DNA of 55,498 nucleotides, the filler included, from Sluysia triapertura (lineage: Eukaryota): assembly GCA_046118255.1 (NCBI GenBank). It is 4 parts of 4 records of this genome, joined end to end, with 100 filler letters (N's around TTAATTAATTAA, not from the genome) between each part and the next. Parts side by side here need not be neighbours in the genome. Positions count along the whole stretch, not along the records: positions 23,951 to 40,908 come from JBJNIA010194711.1; positions 41,009 to 55,498 come from JBJNIA010257073.1; 2 more parts are not named here. The stretch is one strand, 5' to 3'. Shown here piece by piece: positions 38,900-49,363 of the stretch; the stretch's first letter is position 1, and every line of letters begins with the position of its first letter. The notes below the pieces were generated by a model, which had not been told where the DNA came from, ran no database searches, and was given only the letters and a program-made list of their open reading frames with translations. Position numbers and translations under genes: made by a program.

Positions 38900-39960
38900 A
38901 TGGCATTCACTAATGTCAGGGAAGAATCCGGCTGCATCAATAAACTATTGTATTTTCATACGATACATCATTCAAAGAATTGACTTTTGGTTTGCCAGGT
39001 GGTTTAGGATTTCTGGTGAATTCTATTTCAGAAACCTTTCAAGTATTAATTCTCGAAAATAAAAAATCTTTGAATTCCTTAAATATTACCATATCTCCTC
39101 CTGAAGATATGGAATAAATGTCATGTGATCTTTAATGGGCGCATTTGTGCATTTTAGTTCAAATAACTAATTTTGTACCATAAATTTTTATTCGTTCAAT
39201 TTGATAAGGTGCTTATAATTATAATTATAATTGTCTGTGCATGTTCCTTCATTGATACTAACTATTCATAAGCAACAATATTTTATAATCCGTGTGAAAA
39301 ATTCGTAATTCTTAACTAAGTAATTTGTATTAATTTAATTTCATCTATCATTTATGATTAGAGTTTGACAATTCTTAAGTTTTGATATATTGCGAGTTTG
39401 CAACACTTTGGTTCAGAGATTCAGTTTCATAAATTTCATAAATCATACTGTGAATAGTCTTTATTCTTTAGGTTAAACACTTCTAATTTAATATCACTGA
39501 ATTTACAATGTGATAATGCAGCATTCAACAATATTTTATTAGGATTAATGTTCTTAGTCTTACCTTTACCATTATATTCAATTTTAAAAATCCATATAGG
39601 AATTTATCTTTAATTCCATCTAATTTCAGGGAAGTTACTAGTACCAGTAATGCACTTCAAAGATTTATCATTAATTCACATGTCTATCATTGATGCCGTT
39701 GACAGACATTGTTTACAAAATTTAGAATATTCAAATTTTTTGTGAGGTTTTAATTAGTTGCGTGTTGTTAGAGTTGTCTAAATTAGACTGTTTTCGCAAG
39801 GTACGATATTTCGTATTCTTAACATGTTTGAATGAAGAATATGCGGTGTATAACAGATTTTGGTACATCTTGTGACTTTGCATCGTTTGCAAGTATCTAA
39901 AGAAGCTGGAAAATTCAATAGCGAAGACTTTCATCGGTATTAGTCTTTGAAGCGAAAAGG
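38900..39960 (-). mobile_element. Possible highly degraded Ty3/gypsy gag-pro-RT remnant
   Basis: Fragments TCKRC, FCKQC, INDKSLKCITGTS (protease-like), CTDNY..L and LKCTNAP appear in the expected order; weak. Confidence 0.3.
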
Positions 39961-40718
39961 TTGGTCAACATTGGACATTTCGTTCTATAGTCATTAGATG
40001 TTTAAGTATGGTTCTTTTAATATGAGGAATTTAAAAAATTTAAGATTTGTTTTTTCTCTAAATGCCATAAATTTTTCTTTATGATAATTGTTCAAATGTT
40101 TCTTATTCAAAATTCAAATTAGTAGCGCCGTTGTTAGATTAAGAAATAAAAATTGAATGTTATTCTCATAACATACTTGCAATAAAAATTTACATAAAAG
40201 TTAACAGATCAAATTCAGAATTACCATAAGTTGAATGTCTTTCAACAGACGTTACATATATCAAAGTAACAGCAAAACTCGTTAGCTTCTTATCCGGAAT
40301 TCACTCGAACGTTCATTTTATCTATATTTAAACTGTAATCAAAAGTTATAATTGAAACTGCCGATTCATTTAGTTTTCCATTTTTTGTATACTTTAAATT
40401 ATTTTTTAACCGGTGCCTTAATTTCGAACTTTCAACTTTGCACTTAATTACAATTAGAGGTTTAGCGCTAAAATAAGTACGAACGTCTTGTTTCTCATGT
40501 ATCTTATCAGTTTGAATTTCAATTATATGTGAAGATTTTCTTGCGCAAGAATGATACGAATTATGTGGATCAAATGACTTTAAAAATTTTTGTATCGAAG
40601 GTGGAAAATATACGAAGTAGCATTAATAGATCGAATATTAAATTAGGAACGCAAAAGAAGAACATAAATTTGAATTAAAGAAAATTAGTGAGGATGGTTT
40701 AATGCAGATTATGTCGAA

Positions 40719-40908
40719 ATGTCAAAAACAAGTTCTATGGACTCATTACCAACCAAACTAATCAAAAATAATTCAATTTTGACTAAAGTTATTCCGATTT
40801 TATTGAAAATTATTAATAATTCATTATATATTCTAAAATTTCCGTCAAGTGAAAAAGTATCCGTTATAATACCTCATCTGAAACATGGTGATCCATTGCT
40901 TTTAAATA
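40719..40908 (+). mobile_element. 5'-truncated L2/CR1-group LINE ORF2 fragment (pre-RT region), cut by the contig end
   Basis: SKTSSMDSLPTKLIK..IPILLKIINNSL..KFPSSEKVSVIIPHLKHGDP..LN matches S...D..PT.LLK....I..I.N.SL..G.FP...K.A.V.P..K...D....NYRP. Confidence 0.82.
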
Positions 40909-41008
40909 NNNNNNNNNNNNNNNNNNNNNNNNNNNNNNNNNNNNNNNNNNNNTTAATTAATTAANNNNNNNNNNNNNNNNNNNNNNNNNNNNNNNNNNNN
41001 NNNNNNNN
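40909..41008. other. Artificial contig linker
   Basis: N44-TTAATTAATTAA-N44. Confidence 0.95.
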
Positions 41009-41103
41009 CTTTAAACTTTTTAAATAAAAAATTAAAAAAATACAAAAATAATAATTACCTAAATAAATTAAATTATTTATTGCCCTCCACATTTACTATA
41101 ACA

Positions 41104-41327
41104 TAATATTAATTTGTGATAATAATAATTTATAATCATATTGATTTGTAATTGATTTAATAATTTTTGGTATAGCCTAATATTAATTTGTGATAATATT
41201 AATGTGTAACTTTAATCATTTTTAGTAGTGCCTAATATTAATTTGTAATAACATCAATTTGTAATTGATTTGATCACTTTTGGTAGTGCCTAATAAAGAT
41301 GTATAATAATACGAATTTGTAATTGCT
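41104..41327. repeat. Degenerate tandem repeat, about 55-60 bp units
   Basis: Recurrent GCCTAATATTAATTTGT..AATTTGTAATTGATTT..TTTTGGTAGT. Confidence 0.7.
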
Positions 41328-43619
41328 TTTTGTTTAATCAGTAAATTATTTTGTTTTTGCTTTAATTTGCTTTTCTTTTTTTAAACAATTAGTTTGGGCA
41401 AAGTAATAATTATTATTGAAGAAAGAATCATTGATAATTCATATTTGACATATATGATGCGTAAATAATTAATTTTTTGTAAATTAAATTGTTATCGATT
41501 TAATATAATTAATATTTTAAAAGACCATCTCCCAGCATTTACTCTACATATCATTATAAACTCAAACGTGGACAACAAGTTCATTATTTTATTGAAATTA
41601 TATTTGTTTATAAAGATATGAACCAAATAATTAACGAAAAAAGTATTTCCATTAACAAAATATTCTTTTTATGATGACAGAAAATATTTAATAGCTAAAA
41701 TAATGCATAATTTTAATCATTGAGTTCAAATGTGTGAATGTGGTAGATCGTTGTACTTTAAAAAATTACAATATAAAAATTATCTATCATCAAAATATTG
41801 CAGTAAATGGTAAAACAAAGTTTATTATACAACAAAACTTTTAAATTCAATAATAAGTATAACCACTATGAACTGCTCAAAAGCAAATACGATGATTTAC
41901 TTCAGGCATGATTTTACAACCACAGTTATGGCGTCACGTCTAATATAGCAACACGAATGTTGATAATGTTAGGGTTTATTTTGTTTTATAATTAGAGTTC
42001 TAAAAATAGATTTGAAAGAGATATTACGGGGCAGTGTAATCCGGCATAAACGTTCTCAGTACCTGCTAAAAAAATTTAGTAGTGTCGAATAGAAGTTAAT
42101 GTGGTTAGATGAGTTTGTGAAGTCTGTTGAGGATCATGATAATAGTTATGCAAATTGTGATATATTTGTAAACAATAACTCTAATTATGCAAGAGTCTTA
42201 TGTTTAAATTAATATTATTAATATTGACATTATTAACTTTTTTTATTAATATTTTTCTTTGTAAAGGAATTACTATTCGATTTATATTTATAACTTATTA
42301 TTTATAATTTCTAGATTTTGATTTTGTATTAATTGCAGTTGTGATTTATGGTTTATTTTTATGGTGGGTGACCAAAATTAGTCATTTACATTTATTTTCT
42401 GAATAGTTATTAAGAAAGAATGATTTTTACAAGTGATTTATACTTTGAATCTTATTTTATTGCGTTTTATTGCTTGTATGAAATCATAAGTGATCGAATA
42501 TTATAATTGTTAAAAAAAGTTATTAAAGTAAGACACTATTTAATATATCCATAATGAAAGACTGGGTAAAGATATAAAATTGAATAGGTAGATTGTGTGA
42601 ATTGTAAATGTGTTGGCCAACCAAATATTTTAAAATTTTACTTCAACAATACGCAACAAAATCACTCTTCAGAATATTTCATAATTGTTAATACTTTCAA
42701 ACATTCGAAATATAAAATTTCATAACTCAAAATCATATTTAACATTGAAAATCATCAAAAATATACGTAAAAAATTAATGCAAATATTTCAAATTTAATT
42801 TCACATATCGCACATAAAACCACATTTCATAACATTTTACCTATTTTAATATCAAAACCTTTTTCATATTTCATCTTTTAGATTCAATAAAATTATTATC
42901 ATTTCAAAACATTTTAAATGTACAACTTTACAACACCAAAATCACATCTACATTCAAAACCATAAATGCACATTAAATTTTATTCAAAACATTTAATCCA
43001 CAATTCCATAACACCAGAATTACAATTTACATCTTAAACTATCAAACATACATCTTAAAATCAATCCAAAACATTTCGAGTTTACAATCCTTTAACACTC
43101 AATCATTAACATCAAAAACATTAAATTCACATTTAAAACCATTTATAACATTAAATTTGTAGGGAAATCATATAAAATTTATCACATTTCATCACATAAA
43201 AACATCACTTACGTACAAACAAACTACTAAACTCATTCAAAAAACAAGCATAACCATTGTACATAATTATCATGAACTATATCTATTGGTATTATAATTC
43301 CAGTCGTATTAAAATATGTAATAATTATTAGGATTATTGTATAAAATAATTGCCACGAATGTCACATAATAATTTTCATATCCATATCATCACCATTATC
43401 TTAAAATATATAATAAATACGTTGTTATCATTATTATTTCTCTTGTCTTTGCAATAAACCTTTCTTCTTATTCTTTTGTTTTTCCGAACATGTATATATT
43501 TATGCATATATTTATGTATCTGTGTATCTGATAAGGCACATGTCAATTATGTGCAGCTGTATTTATTATACAAATCAATCGTTATAACATCAATACTACA
43601 ATATAAAAAGTTCATATAG

Positions 43620-44116
43620 TTGATATTCCTCATTACGACTATTTTCAAAAGTTCCTAAAATTATCAAGAAGGAAACTTTACTGAATTTATTGCAATATAG
43701 AATTCAGTTGTGAAGCTTCAATGTATGCACATTTAACAACTATGCGACATTTAGCTATACCAACAGAAGAATATTTATTAAATCCGACGTTTAGATGTGC
43801 AAATTGCAATGCTATGATTACTAATACTGATTGTAAGAATCATAAATGTATTTTAAAAGCTATTAAAACGTATTCTGATATTTTTGAATTTATGAATACA
43901 TTAGGTTTACCAAATTTTTGCTTGATTTGTGGTCACATATTTCAATATCGGGCCGAATTAAGTTTACACGTTTTAATGTCTACACGCTTTTTAATGGCTT
44001 TTCTTATATATATTTCATATAATCTCTCAAATAAATTTATGTTCGCAAAAATATATAACATACACAAATCAGTTCAATTTCCTCTCACAGGAAATTATCT
44101 TTCGGCTGAAACATAA
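43620..44116 (+). pseudogene. Intronless multi-zinc-finger ORF with a premature TGA
   Basis: One frame reads LY*IYCNIEFSCEASMYAHLTTMRH (C2H2, first Cys now TGA at 43682), CANC..CKNHKC and FCLICGHIFQYRAELSLHVL. Confidence 0.65.
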
Positions 44117-44915
44117 TTTTATTTTCTGTTTATAAAATTGAAACAAAAATTTGATTATTAAATTGCAAATTATAATTATAATTAAATATAATTATTTAAT
44201 AGATTATTTTTTAAAAAAACTTAAAATAATTGTTAAGTAATAATCATTTATTAAAATAATTATTAAAAGAATAATAAAACTTAAAATAATTATTTTGTTT
44301 TCTTTTATAAAATCAACATTATGTGCTTTTACTTCAACTTCTTTATGTGGTGGTCAATCTTTCAAATTTTATAAAAATCCCTTTTCACAATTTACAAAAG
44401 CATATAAACATTCAAAAATTCAAAATCTACAATTCATATTCAAAAGTCAGTATAAAACCATATCAAACTAAACCAATACATTGTAAATAAAACCATATCC
44501 TTTAACATTTTAACATTCTCACATTTATCTCCTCTACATTCACCAAAACAACTCATCTACTAAAGTCAATTTATATCCACAGTCTCAGAAAATATAAACC
44601 ACTATAACATTCTAAACATTAAACTACATTAAAAAGTTATCTAAAGTATTGTATCTCTCAACTCAACTCAAGCATAATCATATTCTAAAGTATTTAGGCC
44701 ATAATCACTTACATTTTAATAACATTTCAGCTAGAAATGTTATCTTAACATTAGGATGAGGTATCATCAAAACTCGTAAGTTAATCAGAAAAACCAAAGA
44801 TACAAGAAAATATTATGCTCCTTTTTTATCTCTAACCTTTAAATATGTTAAGAATTTTAAAACATAATAGGAAGATCGTGTATAGTTTATTACAAGAATT
44901 TATGTAAATTTTATG

Positions 44916-44916
<1 letters not shown>

Positions 44917-44976
<60 letters not shown>
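44917..44976. repeat. (AAT)n microsatellite
   Basis: Perfect run. Confidence 0.95.
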
Positions 44977-44978
<2 letters not shown>

Positions 44979-45349
44979 TTGTGTATTATTATTACCATTT
45001 TTATCATTAATGTCATTATTATTTAAATTTTAAAACTAAAAATTTTATACAACCATCAATTACCAGCATCAGTGTAGACATCGCTAGTCACTATGTGCAT
45101 ATTTACGTCAACATTGATGATAGTTCATCTCCAAATCAATTTACTCATTTTAACAACATTCCTTATTTTTACTGGTCATCCAATCAGAGCAAAAAATAAC
45201 TGTAACTTCTATCTCAGTGCCTCTGGTTAATGACCAATCATTAATCATGTTATCCATACATAACTTTTAATTCACAATTTTTTACTTCTGAAATTTTTAC
45301 TTCCCAAATTTTGTTTCACGCAACTTGATAAAAATAATTATTTGAAGCT

Positions 45350-46038
45350 ATGAATCAAAATTATGATATAAAGGCAGTTACATCGCTATCATTAATAACT
45401 TCAGATACTGGAGCTGCATATAAATTAATAGATGAATTATCTAAATCATCAAAATAGCATTAGATGTAGAAGACTTGAAAATATGTATTAAATTACTTGA
45501 TTATCGTGTTCATCCCCAGAGTTTAGCTGTTTTAGTTGAACGATTGAAAAATTGCTTTACGAATCATGAAGATGATAATGACTTAGTTACACGATTGAAA
45601 AATTGCTTTACGAATCATGAATATGATGACAATGACTTAGTTAAACGATTGAAAAATTGCTTTACGAATCATGAATATGATGACAATGACTTAGTTAAAC
45701 GATACAAATCATAAAGATGATGATAACGATGTAATCAAAAAATTTAAAAGCTATTTCTCAGATGATCAAGATAATGATAAAGATTTAGTTAAACGATTGC
45801 AGAGCTCTTTCGCATATGATTAAGATGAGTTATTTTAAATCATGAGGAATATGACTATAATAGCAATTATGACACTGATCATGATTGTGATTATGATGAT
45901 GCTGATGAAAATATCAATAGAAATAATAATAAAAATGGTGGAGAACAAGAGGATTGTTATCAAGAAAATTTTAAAAGTGATTTAGAGAGAAATAAGAATA
46001 ATACTAGGAATCTACTCATACTTTCAAATTCCTTATAA
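45350..46038 (+). pseudogene. MOZART1 (MZT1)-like domain followed by 18-aa tandem repeats and an acidic tail; frameshifted
   Basis: Restoring one A at ~45445 gives YKLIDELSKIIKIALDVEDLKICIKLLDYRVHPQSLAVLVERLK, which aligns without gaps to the MZT1 core [44 protein letters not shown]. Intronless; further stops downstream. Confidence 0.75.
45532..45830 (+). repeat. Coding tandem repeat, 51-54 bp unit (LVKRLKNCFTNHEYDDND), three near-perfect plus about three degenerate units
   Basis: Units start at 45532, 45583, 45637 and 45691, with a diverged unit at 45785. Confidence 0.92.
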
Positions 46039-48060
46039 AACTCTTTGGTCAGTACACATTCAAAGGACATCATCTATGAACAAGACCCAGAATTAAATAA
46101 TCCAACTAACAGTATCAATAGTATTGAAGTAAATTAATACAAATTGTATCTTAAAACCTCTTTAATTATAATTTTTGTTTTAAATTTTAGAATTAATTCA
46201 ATTTTATCAAGGCATACTCTGGGAAAATTTGTTTCTATAAACATAATAAGAATTTGTAGTAATAAATTTATAAAAACGTGTTCTTTTTATTATAATCTGC
46301 ATCGCCCTCTAATAATATGTTTTATAAATAATGATGTGAATAATTGCTATAAGTTTTGTAAAATTAACGAAACCTTATTATTAGATGTTTTCAAAAGTAA
46401 TAAACTTACACAAAACTTTGTAACAAATTTTGATTTTCCATTGAAATTGAAGTTTACAGATACTGCTAGATTCTAACAATTTAATGTGATCGATAATTCT
46501 TTTCTTTGATTAAGCGTCATTTTTTCATAAATTTGAGTTAGATCATTAATTATTTGTGTTGCTTTTCGATATTTTCCAATCACGTAATTCGGCATAGATT
46601 ATTTAAATTTACTATTTTGATATAACATTTTGTAACACATTCAACGACGTATTTATTCTCATCAATCTGAATCCCGGTGCACTTAATGACGATAATAAAT
46701 AAACACGATATTTCTAGGCATTTTTTTAATCCCGACAAAACTTGTTTGAATCGTTCTCTTGTAAAATGTATTTGTAGTCTAAAGTGTTGTCTAAACTCTT
46801 CACATCAGAAATATCGTGCAATTTGGGCTTTTGTTGTGACCAAGATTCTTCTAAATCTTTAAGAAACTTTTACAAGAAATACATTAGAAAATACTTGATT
46901 CTTCTCAATTGGATTAATTGTGATTCTGGATCCAGTGTTTCAGCTTTGTAATAGTAATTAATAAGCATATCAAGTGTAATATTATAATTACTTCAAATAG
47001 TGCCTCTTGAAGGAATATATCTTTTTTCCATTTTTCATAATACACCATCAGACTGAACCTCATCCATAATGTACCGTGATAACCGGTTTCTTTTCTTATC
47101 ATTCAGGTTCTGCATTTCTTACCATTTACGCATGATCATGTCATGATGTTGAAAATGATTAAGTTTATAAGGTATTATGAAACATTTAAGAAAAGACAAA
47201 TAATCTCGGTTTCAGAAATTGTTTCATGAATGATTTACTTTTGGGCACTTTTACGTTTTTATATTAAAGTAGATATTTTAAATTATATCGAAAATTATAT
47301 CCCTCTTTCATGAAATTTTGCAAATATTACAGAAATGCTTTGTTTTTTGGAAAATGTTTATCAAATTTATTCAAACTTATTGCATCTATTCATAAATCGT
47401 GTTTATCTAATATAACAGACAGATACAAACCACTTGACATATTATTAAATAAATAAAATTAATAGATTTTAACTTAAAACTTATATTTTACATAAATTAC
47501 AACATTATAAAAGACATGAACATTGCATTAACATTCTAAATGACCAACATCTGCTGATTACACAAATCTCATCGATTATTTTCTGGTACATATATTTTTA
47601 CTTTCTTTATTCGACTTACTTAATCATGGCAGTTTTAACTTTTCAGCTAAGCTCTTTAAATTATGATGACAATAGAATCTAAAATGATAACTTAACTCAT
47701 AAAATATGACACTATATGAAACTCTTTAATGATCGAGGCGTATTTCCTTTAAACTATGTAGGCTAATATGAACATATCCATGTGGTGGTACAGCCTCATA
47801 GATTACGTACACAAACTTCACACAAACTTCATTAAAAAAATCACCCTAAAATAAAGTACATTTGTAATCTTTACACTATTACACCTTTCATCATTAACAA
47901 AACATAGACGTGTAATAAACTCTAACATTTTTTTACTATTCTGTTTATTGATGTAGAAGTAACAATTGTCGTCACGTCAACATTGCGTCAACACCACTCC
48001 TTTAGTGTATCCTTTTTATATAGAATTATTGTAAATGCTTTTTACAATTTCTTTCTCAAA

Positions 48061-48705
48061 CGATCTTTCCTCGCGTGTTTGCGTGGAAAATAAATAGTAA
48101 TTCATGTTCGCGATATCAACTGTCACGACATACAATGTTTCGATGCAAACTTATATTTACAAATGAAGGAACGTCGTGCTGTTTGGAAATGTCCACTTTG
48201 TAATAATTAAGCAACGTTGGCGGAATTGTTTGTTGGTGAATTTTTTGTACGAATCCTAAAAAGTTTGAGTCCAACGAGGAAGTGACTGAAGTAAACGTAA
48301 ATTCTGATTACAGTTTTATACCAATCACTCAAAAAATAAAGATAACAAAAAGAGTGACAAGTTTGACTCTGGCTTGATCGTGAAGAAACAATGGCTGAAC
48401 AAGGTGCAGGTAGTAATGAATCAAAATTAGAATCTGTTATAAGCTTGAATAGTGACGAAGAACCTACAAATCAAGAAAACATAGTTATTAAACAAGATTA
48501 TGTAATTCATGAAACGTTACCTCAGTTATCCGAAGAAAACACATGCATTGATTTAACCTCAGATAACGATGATGACCATCATCATAACAACAATGATTAT
48601 GATAGTGCTGGTACAAGGTCGTTACAATCTGAATATGGTACATATAGTAGTTTTGGAAATGCTTCTAACTTCATTTACAATATTAATTTGATTATAATAA
48701 TGTAA
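48061..48705 (+). pseudogene. PIAS/Siz-type SP-RING (MIZ) SUMO E3 ligase module plus acidic SIM-containing tail; in-frame stops
   Basis: SFLACLRGK*IVIHVRDINCHDIQCFDANLYLQMKERRAVWKCPLCNN*ATLAELFVGEFFVRIL matches SL.CPLGK.R...P.R...C.HLQCFDA.LYLQMNE.KPTW.CPVC. Downstream ORF 48391..48705 has VISLNSDEE and CIDLTSDNDDD (cf. the PIAS SIM VIDLT.D..SDEE). Confidence 0.88.
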
Positions 48706-48856
48706 ATAAAATAATTTATGTAGATATATTAGTAAATGAAATAATTTATGTAGATATATTAGTAAATAAAATAATTTATGTAGATAGTTGTAATAATAAT
48801 TTAAAAAACATTTTATTTCATTGTAATTGTAAATAAAATAATTTATGTAGATAATT
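48702..48856. repeat. 30-bp tandem repeat (GTAAATAAAATAATTTATGTAGATATATTA) x3 plus one dispersed copy
   Basis: Directly visible; it explains the repetitive ORF 48622..48870. Confidence 0.9.
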
Positions 48857-49238
48857 AATTTAAAAAACATTTTATTGTAAATATTTTAGAAAGTTTTATA
48901 AAAATTAATTATGAATATATTATAAAATCTTTATTTAAAATTCTTATTAATCAATAGATTTATTTATTTACAAAACGGAAATTAATTTTCACTTAAAAAT
49001 CTTTATTTATTTATTTAAAAAATCTTAATAAAACGGATATTTATACGACAAAATTTTAAAAACGGATATTGTATCTATTTAAAAATCTTTAATCTTAGTA
49101 ATTGAAAGGATATTTATTTTAAAATATTATTTATTCATCGGAAATAAGTCATTAACTCAAAGAGTATAAAAGCTCTAACGTAAGCATTATAAACACAAGA
49201 TTAAAGGATTAAATTTTAGAACGTTTAATTGTTGCATC

Positions 49239-49363
49239 TTGGTATTACGATTTTCAATTTGGTATTACGATTTTCATCTTGGTATTACGATTTTAACTTG
49301 GTATTACGATTTTCAATTTGGTATTGCGATCTTCAATTTGGTATTACGATTCTACAATTTGGT
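49239..49363. repeat. 20-bp minisatellite (TTGGTATTACGATTTTCAAT) x6
   Basis: Six contiguous units without spacers. Confidence 0.93.

Noticed and set aside
39690-39725. Next PLA2G6 exon (AVDR)
   Set aside because: It continues HCLQ rather than the expected ARAWC-like sequence and has no in-phase acceptor.
45532-45830. Repeat-spacer array
   Set aside because: Unit lengths are multiples of three and in frame with the MZT1-like ORF; it is a coding tandem repeat.
25626-48300. Alternative genetic code (TAA/TAG read as Gln) explaining in-frame stops, given the nearby tRNA-Gln
   Set aside because: The tRNA anticodon is the standard TTG, host exons contain no in-frame stops, and the stop-containing ORFs also have frameshifts.
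49239-49363. CRISPR-like array of 20-bp repeats
   Set aside because: Units are contiguous with no unique spacers, there are no cas genes, and the context is eukaryotic; this is a minisatellite.
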